Assembly (NCBI GenBank): GCA_963817525.1
Contig: CAWFOU010000001.1
Span: 1,024,001-1,088,000 of the forward strand
Source of the DNA: an uncultured archaeon
GTDB lineage: Archaea > Thermoproteota > Nitrososphaeria > Nitrososphaerales > Gagatemarchaeaceae
Direction of reading: 5' to 3'
DNA: 64,000 nucleotides
Below, piece by piece: positions 1 to 9,536 of this stretch (position 1 is its first letter; each line of letters starts with the position of its first letter). The translations under genes were made by a program, and so were the position numbers. Below the pieces are notes generated by a model that worked only from the letters and a program-made list of their open reading frames with translations, made no database searches and had not been told where the DNA came from.

Positions 1-2
1 AC

Positions 3-1775
3 AACGTGCAGAACCTGCAGCTGCGCTGGCTCTACCAGATAGCAGTCAACCCCTTCAACATCCCTGGCGCCCCGCCGGCCTTGGGAATAGAGACACAGCC
101 GATAGTCTCGCAGGGCATCATATACATCGCGACTCCTTACAACGACGTGATCGCGCTGAACTCCGCGACCGGATCCTTGCTTTGGTCGGACCAGTTCAAC
201 ATGACGTCGTTCATCGGGGAAAAATGGTGGTCGGGGGCGTACGTGATAAGCGGCCTCTCATTGTACAACCAGACGCTCTACGCGATGGCCTCTGACACCA
301 CTGTCTATGCCATGAACGCGATAACAGGGACCATCGAGTGGACGATTCCAGCCGTGGCAGCGAACATACAGGGGAACACGGGAACCTACTACGGGGAAAA
401 GGCACCCATCATCGTGGGCGACAACATCATAGTGAGGGCCTCGACGACGGACTACGGAGGCAGGGGGTTCGTCGCGGCCTATAACCTCCAGTCCAGGCAG
501 CTTTCCTGGATCTGGTACTCGACGCCTCCCTCGACGGGACCCATTGATACGAACTGGGACATGCAGGACATGGTGACCCTCGGGAACGGCTCCACGGTGG
601 ATTACGGACAGCCGCCGGGGAACATACCTGCGTACCCTGGCGACTGGGGAACGACCACCCAGGACCAGTTCTTGGCGGGGGGCGGAGCCGCGTGGGGGCT
701 GATAGCGGTCAACAACGCGACAGGCGTGATCTACTTCTCGACTGGACACCCGTCTGATGCGTACAACGCGGCCCTCAGGCCGGGCCCCAACCTATACACT
801 GACTGCGTCATAGCGCTGAACACCACCGACGGGAAGATGCTCTGGTATTACCAGATGACGTCTCACGACATCACCGAGCACGAAGGAGGGTGGAGCGTGG
901 GTCTCTCAACCGTTACCATCAATGGGACGGCGGTCCAGGTGGTCACCCAGGCCTCAAAGAACAACGAGATCTACGTGCTCAACGCCCAGACGGGCAAACC
1001 TGTCTACACGCCGATAAAGGTCGGGCCGCCATCGAAGAACGACTTGAACGACGGCCTGACCAGCGACTCCACCCCGCCGGCCAACCTGAACGCCTCCCAG
1101 ACCCTTTTGGGCATCGACCAGGAGATTTGCCCGGGGACCGACGGCGGGATAGAGATGGCGCCGGCGATAGACGGGAACATGCTCTACGCGGTGACCCAGA
1201 ACGCGTGCGGAGAGATGACGCCAGGACCATACACCTACAAGGGGGAGACGCTGAGCGGGTTCCTCTATACGGGGGACCAGTCGGCCGAGCAGAACGCCAC
1301 CCTTTACGCGATAAACCTCTCCACCGGGCAGTCGGTGTGGCATGACAACCTCCCGAACAGGTATCAGGGGTCGTCGGCGGTGGTCAGCGGGGGCGTGATT
1401 TACGTGATTGACAGGGCCGGGATACTGTACGAGTTCAACCAGCAGACGGGAAAGGAGATCAACAGCGTGGGACTCAATGGCGTCGGCGCCGCCGGGGTCG
1501 CCATCGGGGAGGACAGCGCGGGCAACATGATGGTCTTCGCCCCTGCTGGAGGAGGAAGCGATCCGGAGCCGACCTCGGGAGTGCTCGTCGCCTACTGGCT
1601 AGGCCAGACTACTACGACTAGCTCTGGCACCGGCACATCGTCCGGCACGGCCGTGGGGCTGGGTGGCCTAGAGCAGCCGATCATCATAGTCCTGGGCGTC
1701 GCGGTAGTAGTGCTCGCTATGTACGTGCTGGTGAAGAGACGGGCGCCTCAGCGACCTGCGGCCGGGACTCAGTAG
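3..1775 (+). CDS. PQQ-binding beta-propeller dehydrogenase with C-terminal membrane anchor (5' end lies outside the window)
   Basis: Repeated ALN..TG...W blades, GRGFVAAY, RPGPNLYTDCVIAL and WYYQ motifs. A Thr/Ser linker precedes a TM helix and basic tail. The frame is open from the window start and NVQNLQL matches an internal segment of the paralogue at 3378. Confidence 0.9.
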   Translation, partial: NVQNLQLRWLYQIAVNPFNIPGAPPALGIETQPIVSQGIIYIATPYNDVIALNSATGSLLWSDQFNMTSFIGEKWWSGAYVISGLSLYNQTLYAMASDTTVYAMNAITGTIEWTIPAVAANIQGNTGTYYGEKAPIIVGDNIIVRASTTDYGGRGFVAAYNLQSRQLSWIWYSTPPSTGPIDTNWDMQDMVTLGNGSTVDYGQPPGNIPAYPGDWGTTTQDQFLAGGGAAWGLIAVNNATGVIYFSTGHPSDAYNAALRPGPNLYTDCVIALNTTDGKMLWYYQMTSHDITEHEGGWSVGLSTVTINGTAVQVVTQASKNNEIYVLNAQTGKPVYTPIKVGPPSKNDLNDGLTSDSTPPANLNASQTLLGIDQEICPGTDGGIEMAPAIDGNMLYAVTQNACGEMTPGPYTYKGETLSGFLYTGDQSAEQNATLYAINLSTGQSVWHDNLPNRYQGSSAVVSGGVIYVIDRAGILYEFNQQTGKEINSVGLNGVGAAGVAIGEDSAGNMMVFAPAGGGSDPEPTSGVLVAYWLGQTTTTSSGTGTSSGTAVGLGGLEQPIIIVLGVAVVVLAMYVLVKRRAPQRPAAGTQ

Positions 1776-3237
1776 GCTCTCGGCCCCTCCAAGCAAAGTA
1801 CACCGCGATGGCCGCGAGACCGGCTCCGACCAGGAAGAAGAGGTCCGTAGCGCCTATGTATTTCCCGGGCGTGATAGTCCCGCCGGTCTTGTCTAGACCG
1901 AAGAGGTAGAGCCCGATGAGGATGCTCCCGATGGCGAGGCTGATGCTCTGCCCGGTCGACCGCATCATTCCGAGTATACCGTTTGCGGATGCCCGGTCAC
2001 CGGGAGGGACGGAGGCGAGGTTGGCGTTAGTGTTGGTGGGAGCGAATATCCCCACGCCCGACCCGAGCATCGCAAGGAGGAATCCTATGAGGTAAATCGA
2101 AGAGGTCTCGGCGAGGGTGCTAAGCAAGAGGAGGGCCACGGTCACTATGACACACCCGGCGACCGAAGGGTCGCGGCTGGATGTCCTGCTGGCGATCCAT
2201 CCTCCGAAGAGCGCGAAGACGGTGACCGAGAGGGGTTCGACGGTGAGGAGGAAGCCGGCGCTGAGAGGGCTGACCCCTCGGATTAGTTCGAGATAGAAGG
2301 AAAGCAGGATGAGCGTTCCATAGTGCGCCATGTAGACGAAGAGGGCCGAGAAGTTGGTTGACGCGAACATGGAGTTGGTCCTGAACGTCTCGAAGTTTAT
2401 GACGGGCTGCGAGGTGGTCCTCTCTCTGGCGACGAAGAGTACGGTGGAGACCACCGCAACAGAGCCTATCAGCCACAGGGGTATCGATATCTCCACGTTG
2501 GGGTAGAAGTAGAAGGAGAGGAACTGCAGCTGCTGGATGTACATGTTGATCGGGATCGTCCCGTTCGAGGAGTATGAGGTGAGGGCGACCAGCGCCGACC
2601 CGAGCGCCCCCGTGAAGAAGATGGCGCCGAGCCAGTCCGTCTTGACCTTGAGGTTCTTCGGGCTCTCCCTTATCGCGAAGAGGGAGATGGGTATCGCGAT
2701 GGCAGCTATCGCCGACCCGGCATAGAAGACGTACCTCCAGCCCAGCGACGAGGTCACGTCGACTATCGTGCCGGTCAGCGCGACCCCGACGGTCATCCCG
2801 ATGTAGATGACCGAAATGTGGGTCCCGAGCGCGAAGCCCCTCTCCTTGGGTGGGAACGCGTCGACGATGAGCGCCCTCCCGTTGGAGAGGATGAAGGCGC
2901 CGCCGAGGGCTTGGATGACCCTGTAGATCAGCAGGTCGTAGATGGTGAGGGAGTTCCCCGAGAGGTACGCGCCGATGGAGAATAGTGCGAGGCCCAAGAT
3001 GAAGTAGCGCTTGCGCCCGTGCCGGTCCGAGAACTTGCCGAAGATCGGCATGAAGGCGGCGGTGATGATGAGCGACTCTAGGGGGACCCACAGGACCAGC
3101 TGGACGGGGGCCTTCAGGTTCAGGGCGATGGTGGGAAGTATCAGCGACATTATCCCGGTGTCTAGCGGCGGGACGAAGTTGCCGATGTTCACCGCTGCGA
3201 GGGAGAACCACTTGCGCCGCTTCGCGAGCGCTTGCAC
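1717..3237 (-). CDS. MFS transporter, DHA2 (EmrB/QacA-like)
   Basis: GKFSDRHGRKR motif A, RVIQALGG, and about 14 hydrophobic segments. Confidence 0.9.
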   Translation of the reverse strand: MQALAKRRKWFSLAAVNIGNFVPPLDTGIMSLILPTIALNLKAPVQLVLWVPLESLIITAAFMPIFGKFSDRHGRKRYFILGLALFSIGAYLSGNSLTIYDLLIYRVIQALGGAFILSNGRALIVDAFPPKERGFALGTHISVIYIGMTVGVALTGTIVDVTSSLGWRYVFYAGSAIAAIAIPISLFAIRESPKNLKVKTDWLGAIFFTGALGSALVALTSYSSNGTIPINMYIQQLQFLSFYFYPNVEISIPLWLIGSVAVVSTVLFVARERTTSQPVINFETFRTNSMFASTNFSALFVYMAHYGTLILLSFYLELIRGVSPLSAGFLLTVEPLSVTVFALFGGWIASRTSSRDPSVAGCVIVTVALLLLSTLAETSSIYLIGFLLAMLGSGVGIFAPTNTNANLASVPPGDRASANGILGMMRSTGQSISLAIGSILIGLYLFGLDKTGGTITPGKYIGATDLFFLVGAGLAAIAVYFAWRGREPTESRPQVAEAPVSSPART

Positions 3238-3377
3238 GTCACGCGGCGCGCGGATGGCGTCCTTTAAGACCGTTCCGAGGGCTCGCTAGCCGGCTCTGAG
3301 AACGGAGGACGAAAGAGGTGGGCGTCAGGCAATCCAACCTTAAAGAGGCCCCGCCGACGGGACGGGCGAGAAGGCCC

Positions 3378-5312
3378 ATGGCGGATTCTCGGAGGTGGAG
3401 GTCTCTTTCGGCCGGGCTCCTGCTCTTCCTCTTGCTCTGGCTCGCGCTCCCGGTAGCCCCCGCCGAGTCGAAGCCTGCAGCCGCATCGGGCTCCTCGGCC
3501 CAGTGGACCACGATGAACGCGAACTCCAACCACACCAACTACGTCCCCCAGAGTCAGATCGGGGCCTCCAACGTACAGGACCTGCAGCTCGCTTGGACCT
3601 TCCCGTTCCCCGCGGTCACGAGCGTGCCGGGCCTCAGCGTCACGGGGCAGGGCGCGATAGCGCCGCCGCTGGTGGTCAACGGCACGGTATACGTCGTGAC
3701 CAACTACCTCACCGTCTACGCGATAGACGCCGAGACGGGAGGCGTCCTGTGGTCTTATCAGGCGGTGCTCAACGAGACGGGGCTCCCACTGGGGCCTCTG
3801 GACGGCCATATGCACGGGATCAACTATTACCGCGGTGACATATGGGTGAGCTGGCCTGACTGCTCGGTGGACGCCCTGAACGCCATCACGGGGACAGTCG
3901 ACATGCAGATTTCTGACATCTGCAAGGACATCCCGGGGAATGCTGGCTACTACGACGGGGTGGGGGTGCCCTCAGTCTTCGACGGAGACACGATGATCTG
4001 GACCAGCTCGGTCTCAGAGGGGACCAACGTGGGGAGGGGGTTCGTGGCGGCCTACAACATCACGAGTGGTGAGCTGCTTTGGAGGTGGTACGTCGCCCCG
4101 CCCGCTGGAGGGGACCCCGACTGGGACACGGACTCTTGCTCGACCAATTCCACCTCGACGTGCCACGGGAACGTCGCCCCCTACCCCGGAGACTGGGGGA
4201 CCTTGACCCTCGACAACCCCGGCCTCACCGGTCCCCTGGCCGGGGCGGGGCCAGGCTTCGGCGACCCCTTGGTGGACACGCAGCACGGGATAGTCTTCGT
4301 CTCGACCTCACAGGCGTCCCCCGACTGGAACGGGACATACAGGCCGGGGCCCGACCTCTACGCCGACTCCGTCATCGCGCTGAACGCCACCAACGGCGAC
4401 ATGATCTGGTTCTACCAGACAACCCCCCACGACCTATACGACTTCGACTGCGGCTGGAACACCGTGCTCGGGAGCGTCACGCAGGGAGGCAGCACTCAGG
4501 AAGCGATCTTCAAGGCGTGCAAGAACGGGTATCTCTACGCCATCAACGCCCTGACCGGGAAACTCCTCTGGTACTTCGACCCCCCCACCGTGTCGAGGCT
4601 CGGCACGGGGAACGCCAACTACGTGGTGACTGGGAACTACTCAGCTACCCTCCCTTGGATAAACTACCCGTCAACACAGGAGTTCGAGCAGTGCCCCGGG
4701 GAGAACGGGGCAGTGGAATCGGATATCGCCTACTCCAACTCCCTGATATACGTCGCCACGATGAACTTCTGCAGCTTCGGGGAGGTGGCGCCGGTCGGGA
4801 TCGAGGGGGCGGAGTACTGGGGGGTCGGGAACATCACCCCTGACTACTCGCAGGCCAACACCACCATCTACGCCGTCCACGCCTCCAACGGCTCGGTGGC
4901 CTGGAGCTACAACATGGCCTCGATCCCCTACCGGGGCTGGCTCACGGCGAGCAATGGGCTGCTTTTCGCAGGGGCCCTCGATGGCAGCATCCACATCCTC
5001 AACGCCGCCACGGGGAAGCAGGTCTACGACCTCTACGTCGGGCCTCCGCTCTACGAGAGCCCGACGCTGGGCGCGGGCATCGACGGACAGGTCTACCTCT
5101 ACCAGCTCACCGGGGACGCGGCGTACGGCTCCCTGGGCGGGGGGACGCCGGGGGACATCATCGCCTTCACCCTCCAGGCCCCTCCTCCTCCCTCGTGGGA
5201 GAGCTACGTCCCCGCGGTCGCCGTAGGGCTCCTCGCGGCTGTCGTTGTAGTCCTGCTCGTGGACAACAGGTCGCTGAGGAACGCCGCGAGGCGGTCGCCG
5301 CCGCCGGCCTAG
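3378..5312 (+). CDS. PQQ-binding beta-propeller dehydrogenase, signal peptide plus C-terminal TM anchor
   Basis: Signal MADSRRWRSLSAGLLLFLLLWLALPVAPA; RPGPDLYADSVIAL; WFYQTTPHDLYDFDCG; CPGENGAVES; C-terminal TM. Start placed at ATG 3378. Confidence 0.92.
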   Translation: MADSRRWRSLSAGLLLFLLLWLALPVAPAESKPAAASGSSAQWTTMNANSNHTNYVPQSQIGASNVQDLQLAWTFPFPAVTSVPGLSVTGQGAIAPPLVVNGTVYVVTNYLTVYAIDAETGGVLWSYQAVLNETGLPLGPLDGHMHGINYYRGDIWVSWPDCSVDALNAITGTVDMQISDICKDIPGNAGYYDGVGVPSVFDGDTMIWTSSVSEGTNVGRGFVAAYNITSGELLWRWYVAPPAGGDPDWDTDSCSTNSTSTCHGNVAPYPGDWGTLTLDNPGLTGPLAGAGPGFGDPLVDTQHGIVFVSTSQASPDWNGTYRPGPDLYADSVIALNATNGDMIWFYQTTPHDLYDFDCGWNTVLGSVTQGGSTQEAIFKACKNGYLYAINALTGKLLWYFDPPTVSRLGTGNANYVVTGNYSATLPWINYPSTQEFEQCPGENGAVESDIAYSNSLIYVATMNFCSFGEVAPVGIEGAEYWGVGNITPDYSQANTTIYAVHASNGSVAWSYNMASIPYRGWLTASNGLLFAGALDGSIHILNAATGKQVYDLYVGPPLYESPTLGAGIDGQVYLYQLTGDAAYGSLGGGTPGDIIAFTLQAPPPPSWESYVPAVAVGLLAAVVVVLLVDNRSLRNAARRSPPPA

Positions 5313-6109
5313 CTTGCGAGCGAGTCCGCGAGCGGCCAGTCCTGGACGACATAGGCAACGAAGATCGCGTCGTGGAGGCTCCAGTAGATGTCCGCCATCG
5401 ACTCGGCAGCCCTGATCGCGCGCAGCTGCGCCTCCCTGGTCTGGCAGTATCGCAGCACGATGCGAAGGGTCGTCTCGTTGGCCTCGTCAAGCTGCCCAAG
5501 CCTCGACATGAAGAATCTGTAGCCTTCGGGCTCTATCCACGGATAGTGGCGCTTGAAGGCCTCGATCCTCTTGACCAGCTCCCCCTTTGCGAAGTATTCT
5601 ATCAGCGAGGCGGCGACGCCCTCCGTCCAGTCAGCCCTCCTCGCGAAGTTCACGTACCCGTCCACGGCGAACCTCACCCCGGGAAGGCAGGTCGCCCTTA
5701 GGATGTCGTCCCTCGCGACTCCCGCCGATTCCGCGAAGCCCACCCACCCCTCCACGTCGCCGATGCTCCCGCCCAGCCCCTCGCGCTTCAGGATCCTGCC
5801 GATCCATAGCCGCCTCACGTCGGTCTCCGGGCAGTTCGAGAGGATGGCCGCGTCCTTGATGGGGATGTTCTTCTGGAGGTAGAACCTGTTGATGATCCAG
5901 GCCCTGACCTGTTTCGGCGTGAGCTTCCCCTGGTAGAGCATGACCATGAGGGGGTGCTTGTCCTGGTTCTTCACCCTGAGCTTCCCTTCGAGGAGGGTGA
6001 GGAACTCTGCCCTCGCGAGCGGCGTCCCCTCCACTACAGCCTTGGGCCTCGCGGCCTGGCTCGCGGCGCGGGAGGCCTTGGCCCTCGTCGCCGTCACCCG
6101 CTTGCTCAC
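5309..6109 (-). CDS. PqqC-like protein (heme-oxygenase-like fold), catalytic residues substituted
   Basis: NRFYLQKNIPIKDAAILSNCP, LPGVRFAVDGYVNFAR and HYPWIEPEGYRFF are PqqC signatures. The GTG start at 6109 overlaps the TGA of the upstream regulator (GTGA). Confidence 0.88.
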   Translation of the reverse strand: MSKRVTATRAKASRAASQAARPKAVVEGTPLARAEFLTLLEGKLRVKNQDKHPLMVMLYQGKLTPKQVRAWIINRFYLQKNIPIKDAAILSNCPETDVRRLWIGRILKREGLGGSIGDVEGWVGFAESAGVARDDILRATCLPGVRFAVDGYVNFARRADWTEGVAASLIEYFAKGELVKRIEAFKRHYPWIEPEGYRFFMSRLGQLDEANETTLRIVLRYCQTREAQLRAIRAAESMADIYWSLHDAIFVAYVVQDWPLADSLAS

Positions 6110-6876
6110 GGCTTGAAACCCCTCCTCTTGACGGCGTAGACGCAGCCGGGCGACCCGGCCTTCGGGTTCAACCTCTCTAGGCGCAAGGTCCCTCCGTCTC
6201 TCGCCTTGATCGCTCCCGTGAGCATGCCCTTTGTGAATGAGCAGACGAGGCTGCCGTACTCCTTGTTCTCGAAGCACTCTGTGCAGGTCAGCCTCGGCTC
6301 CTCTCCCCTCCTGACCGAGGCGGTGACCTTAGCGAAGCCCTCCGCCGCGAGGTACTCCGAGAGCTCTCCCAGCCCGCTCCGCACGGTGGCGAACTTCAGG
6401 GAGGAGGCTATGAGCCCGTCGCCGACGCGCCGGCCAAAGTCCTCGAAGATGCCGTCGTCCATTGAGTCGGACTCCGCCAGGAGCCTGAAGAGGTGATAGA
6501 GGAATATCTCCATCTCGTCCGCCGCCTTCCTCTTGGGCTCGAGGTGCAGGCTCATCAGCAGCCTCTCGAACCACTCGTCCAGCTTGGTGAGGGAACCCGC
6601 CCGGTCGTCCTTCCGCCTGGCTAGGGTCAGGGCTCCCTGCTTGAGCGCGTAGGTCTTGCTGTAGATCCCTCCCCGGATGCTGGTGATGTCTGTGATCTCT
6701 ATCATGTCGCGCCGGATGAGAGCCTTGGTGTGGTAGGAGACGGTGGCCTTGGACACGCCGAGGGCCTTTGCGATCTCCGTCGCTGTCCCCGGGCGTCGGG
6801 CCAAGAACGACAGGATGCCGTCCCTCACCCAGCCCTTCGAGGGGGAGCCCCCGCCGTCCACAAGAAGCTGGTTCAA
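6106..6876 (-). CDS. ArsR-like winged-helix transcriptional regulator with C-terminal V4R domain
   Basis: TATEIAKALGVSKATVSYH HTH; C-terminal CTECFE...CSFTKGMLTG...C V4R pattern. Confidence 0.85.
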   Translation of the reverse strand: MNQLLVDGGGSPSKGWVRDGILSFLARRPGTATEIAKALGVSKATVSYHTKALIRRDMIEITDITSIRGGIYSKTYALKQGALTLARRKDDRAGSLTKLDEWFERLLMSLHLEPKRKAADEMEIFLYHLFRLLAESDSMDDGIFEDFGRRVGDGLIASSLKFATVRSGLGELSEYLAAEGFAKVTASVRRGEEPRLTCTECFENKEYGSLVCSFTKGMLTGAIKARDGGTLRLERLNPKAGSPGCVYAVKRRGFKP

Positions 6877-6959
6877 GCGCCCGGCCTGCCTCTCAATCTT
6901 CTGGTTCAGATAATTCTAACTGAGACACCTCTATAAAGGCTCGGCCGCGAAGCGCTCGA
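6877..6959. promoter_or_regulatory. Divergent promoter region (regulator-pqqC-like operon / SET gene)
   Basis: AT-rich gap in GC-rich DNA. CTATAAA at 6931-6937 lies ~25 nt upstream of GTG 6960, consistent with an archaeal TATA box and a leaderless mRNA. Confidence 0.5.
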
Positions 6960-7511
6960 GTGGGTTTGGCCGGGGACGAGGGCGGCGCCGGACGGATGCT
7001 CCGCATCGGCGACGCGGGGCCCAAGGGGAAGGGCGTCTTCGCGGCGAGACGGATAGAGGTTGGCGAGCTCGTCTGGGACTATGCTGGAGAGGAGAGATGG
7101 ATAAGCGACATCCCGAAGAGGCTCTGGAGGTTCTGCTTCCAGGTCGACTACGACAGGTACGTCGTCCCGGAGAATGGATCGGCGGGCTGGTTCATGAACC
7201 ACTCGTGCGAGCCGAATTGCGTGATAATGGGGAGGACCAGGGTGGTCGCCCTCCGGCGGATAGAGGCGGGGGAGGAGGTCACCTTCGACTACTCCACCAA
7301 CGTCGGGTGGGCGGGCTTCGCGATGAGGTGCAAGTGCGGCTCGAAGGCATGCAGGAAGGTCGTGAGGAGCTACGCGTTTCTGCCCGCCGAGCTCAAGGGG
7401 CACTACGGGGCGTGCGTCTCGGCGTTCCTTCTGGGTCCGCGCCCAAAGGCGGCGGGCCGCGGTCCACGGAAGGGCGTCGCGAGCAGGCCTACCCGGTCGT
7501 CGCGAGGCTGA
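6960..7511 (+). CDS. SET-domain protein-lysine methyltransferase with post-SET Zn motif
   Basis: GKGVFA, FMNHSCEPN, GEEVTFDY and post-SET CKCGSKACR. Confidence 0.92.
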   Translation: MGLAGDEGGAGRMLRIGDAGPKGKGVFAARRIEVGELVWDYAGEERWISDIPKRLWRFCFQVDYDRYVVPENGSAGWFMNHSCEPNCVIMGRTRVVALRRIEAGEEVTFDYSTNVGWAGFAMRCKCGSKACRKVVRSYAFLPAELKGHYGACVSAFLLGPRPKAAGRGPRKGVASRPTRSSRG

Positions 7512-8382
7512 AGCCCTTCGCCAGGTAGCGGCGCACCAGAAGGATCAGCGCGAAGGCCGGGACGAAGGCCAGCGAGCCGGCCGCGTTGATCGCGTCCCAG
7601 TCGGCCGACTGGATGCCGCCGAACGCCTCCCCGACGCCCGACCACACCCCGAGGCTCACGGTCTTCGTGGCTGCCCCGGTCAGGAGGCTGGCCATGAGGA
7701 ACTCGTTCCAGATGAGGACGAAGGCGAAGATGACCGTCGCCGCTATCCCCACGGCCACCGATGGGAGGGCGATCCTCCAGAAGATCTGCCTCTCGGACGC
7801 GCCGGAGGTCTCGGCCGCCTCATAGACGCTCGCGGGGATCTCCCTGAAGAACCCGCTCAGCATCCAGACGACGACAGGGACGTCTATCACGAGGTAAGCC
7901 AGGCTCATCCCGAGGTAGGTGTCGAAGAGCCCTATCCGGATGTAGGTCAGGTAGAGGGGCAGCACGATGGCGAAGGGCGAGACGGTCCGGAGAGCCAGGA
8001 GGAGGAACCCCATGGCGCTCATCCCCCTCAGCTTCGACCTCGCGAGCGCGTACCCGGCGGGGACTCCCGCGGCAAGCGCGATGGCGATGCTCAGGAACGC
8101 GATCGTGCTCGAGTTGAAGACGAGCCTGGGAAAGTTCCCCCATTCCAGGGCGTCGCGGATGTTGGCGAGGGTCGGGAAGAAGCCGCCGCTGTAGTAGGGG
8201 ACGCCCGACACAAAGTCGATCCCCTTCCCCGACCAGAGCGGCCCGAGGTCGATGTCGAGGCCCTCGAAGGCCATCGTCATTATCGGCCAGAACGAGAAGA
8301 GCGTGGCGAGGAGGAGGCCCAAGTACACCGGAAGCCGGCGGAGGACCCACGGCCTGCGCTTGGGAGCCCAGCCTTGGGTCAT
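7489..8382 (-). CDS. Carbohydrate ABC transporter permease (MalG-like)
   Basis: EAA loop (YEAAETSGAS), WNEFL, PAGYALAR. ATG 8382 overlaps the stop of the upstream permease (ATGA). Confidence 0.9.
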   Translation of the reverse strand: MTQGWAPKRRPWVLRRLPVYLGLLLATLFSFWPIMTMAFEGLDIDLGPLWSGKGIDFVSGVPYYSGGFFPTLANIRDALEWGNFPRLVFNSSTIAFLSIAIALAAGVPAGYALARSKLRGMSAMGFLLLALRTVSPFAIVLPLYLTYIRIGLFDTYLGMSLAYLVIDVPVVVWMLSGFFREIPASVYEAAETSGASERQIFWRIALPSVAVGIAATVIFAFVLIWNEFLMASLLTGAATKTVSLGVWSGVGEAFGGIQSADWDAINAAGSLAFVPAFALILLVRRYLAKGFSLATTG

Positions 8383-9251
8383 ATCTTCCTCAGCTCCCTC
8401 ATCACGCGGAAGAGGAGGATGGCGGCCAGCAGGGTCACGACCAGGAGGACGAGGGCCGCGGCGGAGATGAGCGGTATGGGTATCACCCCCGACGGAGGCT
8501 CCAGGAGGAGCTTGAACAGGTAGAGGCTGAGCGTGTCGGTCGGCGCCCCGGGATACAGGTATCCGAGCCACCCCGACCAGGCGAAGGGGATCTCGAACGC
8601 CCGCATCGCGTCGACGAAGCGGATGATTATCATGAAGTGCATGACCGGAGAGTTCAGGATCGCCGGGAGGCCGATGGTCCTGAAGGTCCTCCATTTCGAC
8701 GCCCCGAAGACCTCGGAGGCCTCGTTAATCTGCTTCGGCACCGAGGCGAGGATGCTCAGCGCGACGAGCATCATCATGGGCCCCCACTCCCACGAGTCGG
8801 AGAGGACCATGATGAAGAAGTAGAGGTGGTTGCTCGCGACGTTGAAGTAGGGTTGGTGCAAGATGTAGTGCCAGAAGGTGTTGATGTCGTCCCAAAAGCC
8901 GCTAGGGGCGAAGGCGACGCCCGCGATGATAGGGGCCGCGGCGAGGGGCATCAGGAAGACTGCCTCGAAGAACCCGCGGCCCCTCCTGACCAGGGTCAGG
9001 AGGTAGGCGAAGAGGACGCCGAGGACAATCGAGAGGATGGTGCTCCCGGCGGAGTAGAGGACGGAGGTCGAGAGCGCGTCCCAAAAGTCGGCCTGCGAGA
9101 AGAGCTGTTCGTAGTTCGAGAGGCCCACGAACGCGCCTCCGAGGCTGTAGTCGGTGACGCTGAGGTAGACGCTGTAGGCCAGCGGGTAGACCTCGACGAG
9201 GCCGAGCACTGCGATGAGCGGGACGATCAGGAAGTATGCGTTTCTATCCAG
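8379..9251 (-). CDS. Carbohydrate ABC transporter permease (MalF-like); start uncertain
   Basis: YPLAYSVYLS, FVGLSNY, EASEVFGAS and TDTLSLY. The first TM (DRNAYFLIVPLIAV) extends upstream of GTG 9209 to a CTG at 9251. Confidence 0.85.
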   Translation of the reverse strand: MDRNAYFLIVPLIAVLGLVEVYPLAYSVYLSVTDYSLGGAFVGLSNYEQLFSQADFWDALSTSVLYSAGSTILSIVLGVLFAYLLTLVRRGRGFFEAVFLMPLAAAPIIAGVAFAPSGFWDDINTFWHYILHQPYFNVASNHLYFFIMVLSDSWEWGPMMMLVALSILASVPKQINEASEVFGASKWRTFRTIGLPAILNSPVMHFMIIIRFVDAMRAFEIPFAWSGWLGYLYPGAPTDTLSLYLFKLLLEPPSGVIPIPLISAAALVLLVVTLLAAILLFRVMRELRKI

Positions 9252-9536
9252 GAACGAGCGACCTCATGGGGCCTGCGCCGGTGCGAGCCCCCTTGTCAGA
9301 GAGGCGACAGGCCTTTCGAGGCTCGCGCGGCTGGACGACCCGCGCGGTTGGAGAACGGGAAAGCGCAACTGCGGAAGGCCCAACGATGCATCCCCCACTG
9401 CCGACGATTTCTGCGCCCCTTAAAACCATCTGGGTGCACCGGCGAGTTGGTGGGAGACTGACGGCGGCACGGGAACGCGACTTAAATGTCGGCTGTTGCT
9501 CGCAGGCCCGAAGGGCAGCCTTCTGGTGAGAGCGAG

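Noticed and set aside
1717-1775. Overlapping 3' ends of convergent genes (also 7489-7511 and 48652-48672)
   Set aside because: Short tail overlaps are common in compact GC-rich archaeal genomes.
5309-6109. Calling a functional pqqC or a PQQ biosynthesis operon
   Set aside because: Catalytic residues appear substituted, and no pqqA-like ExxxY peptide, pqqB, pqqD or pqqE was found in the window.
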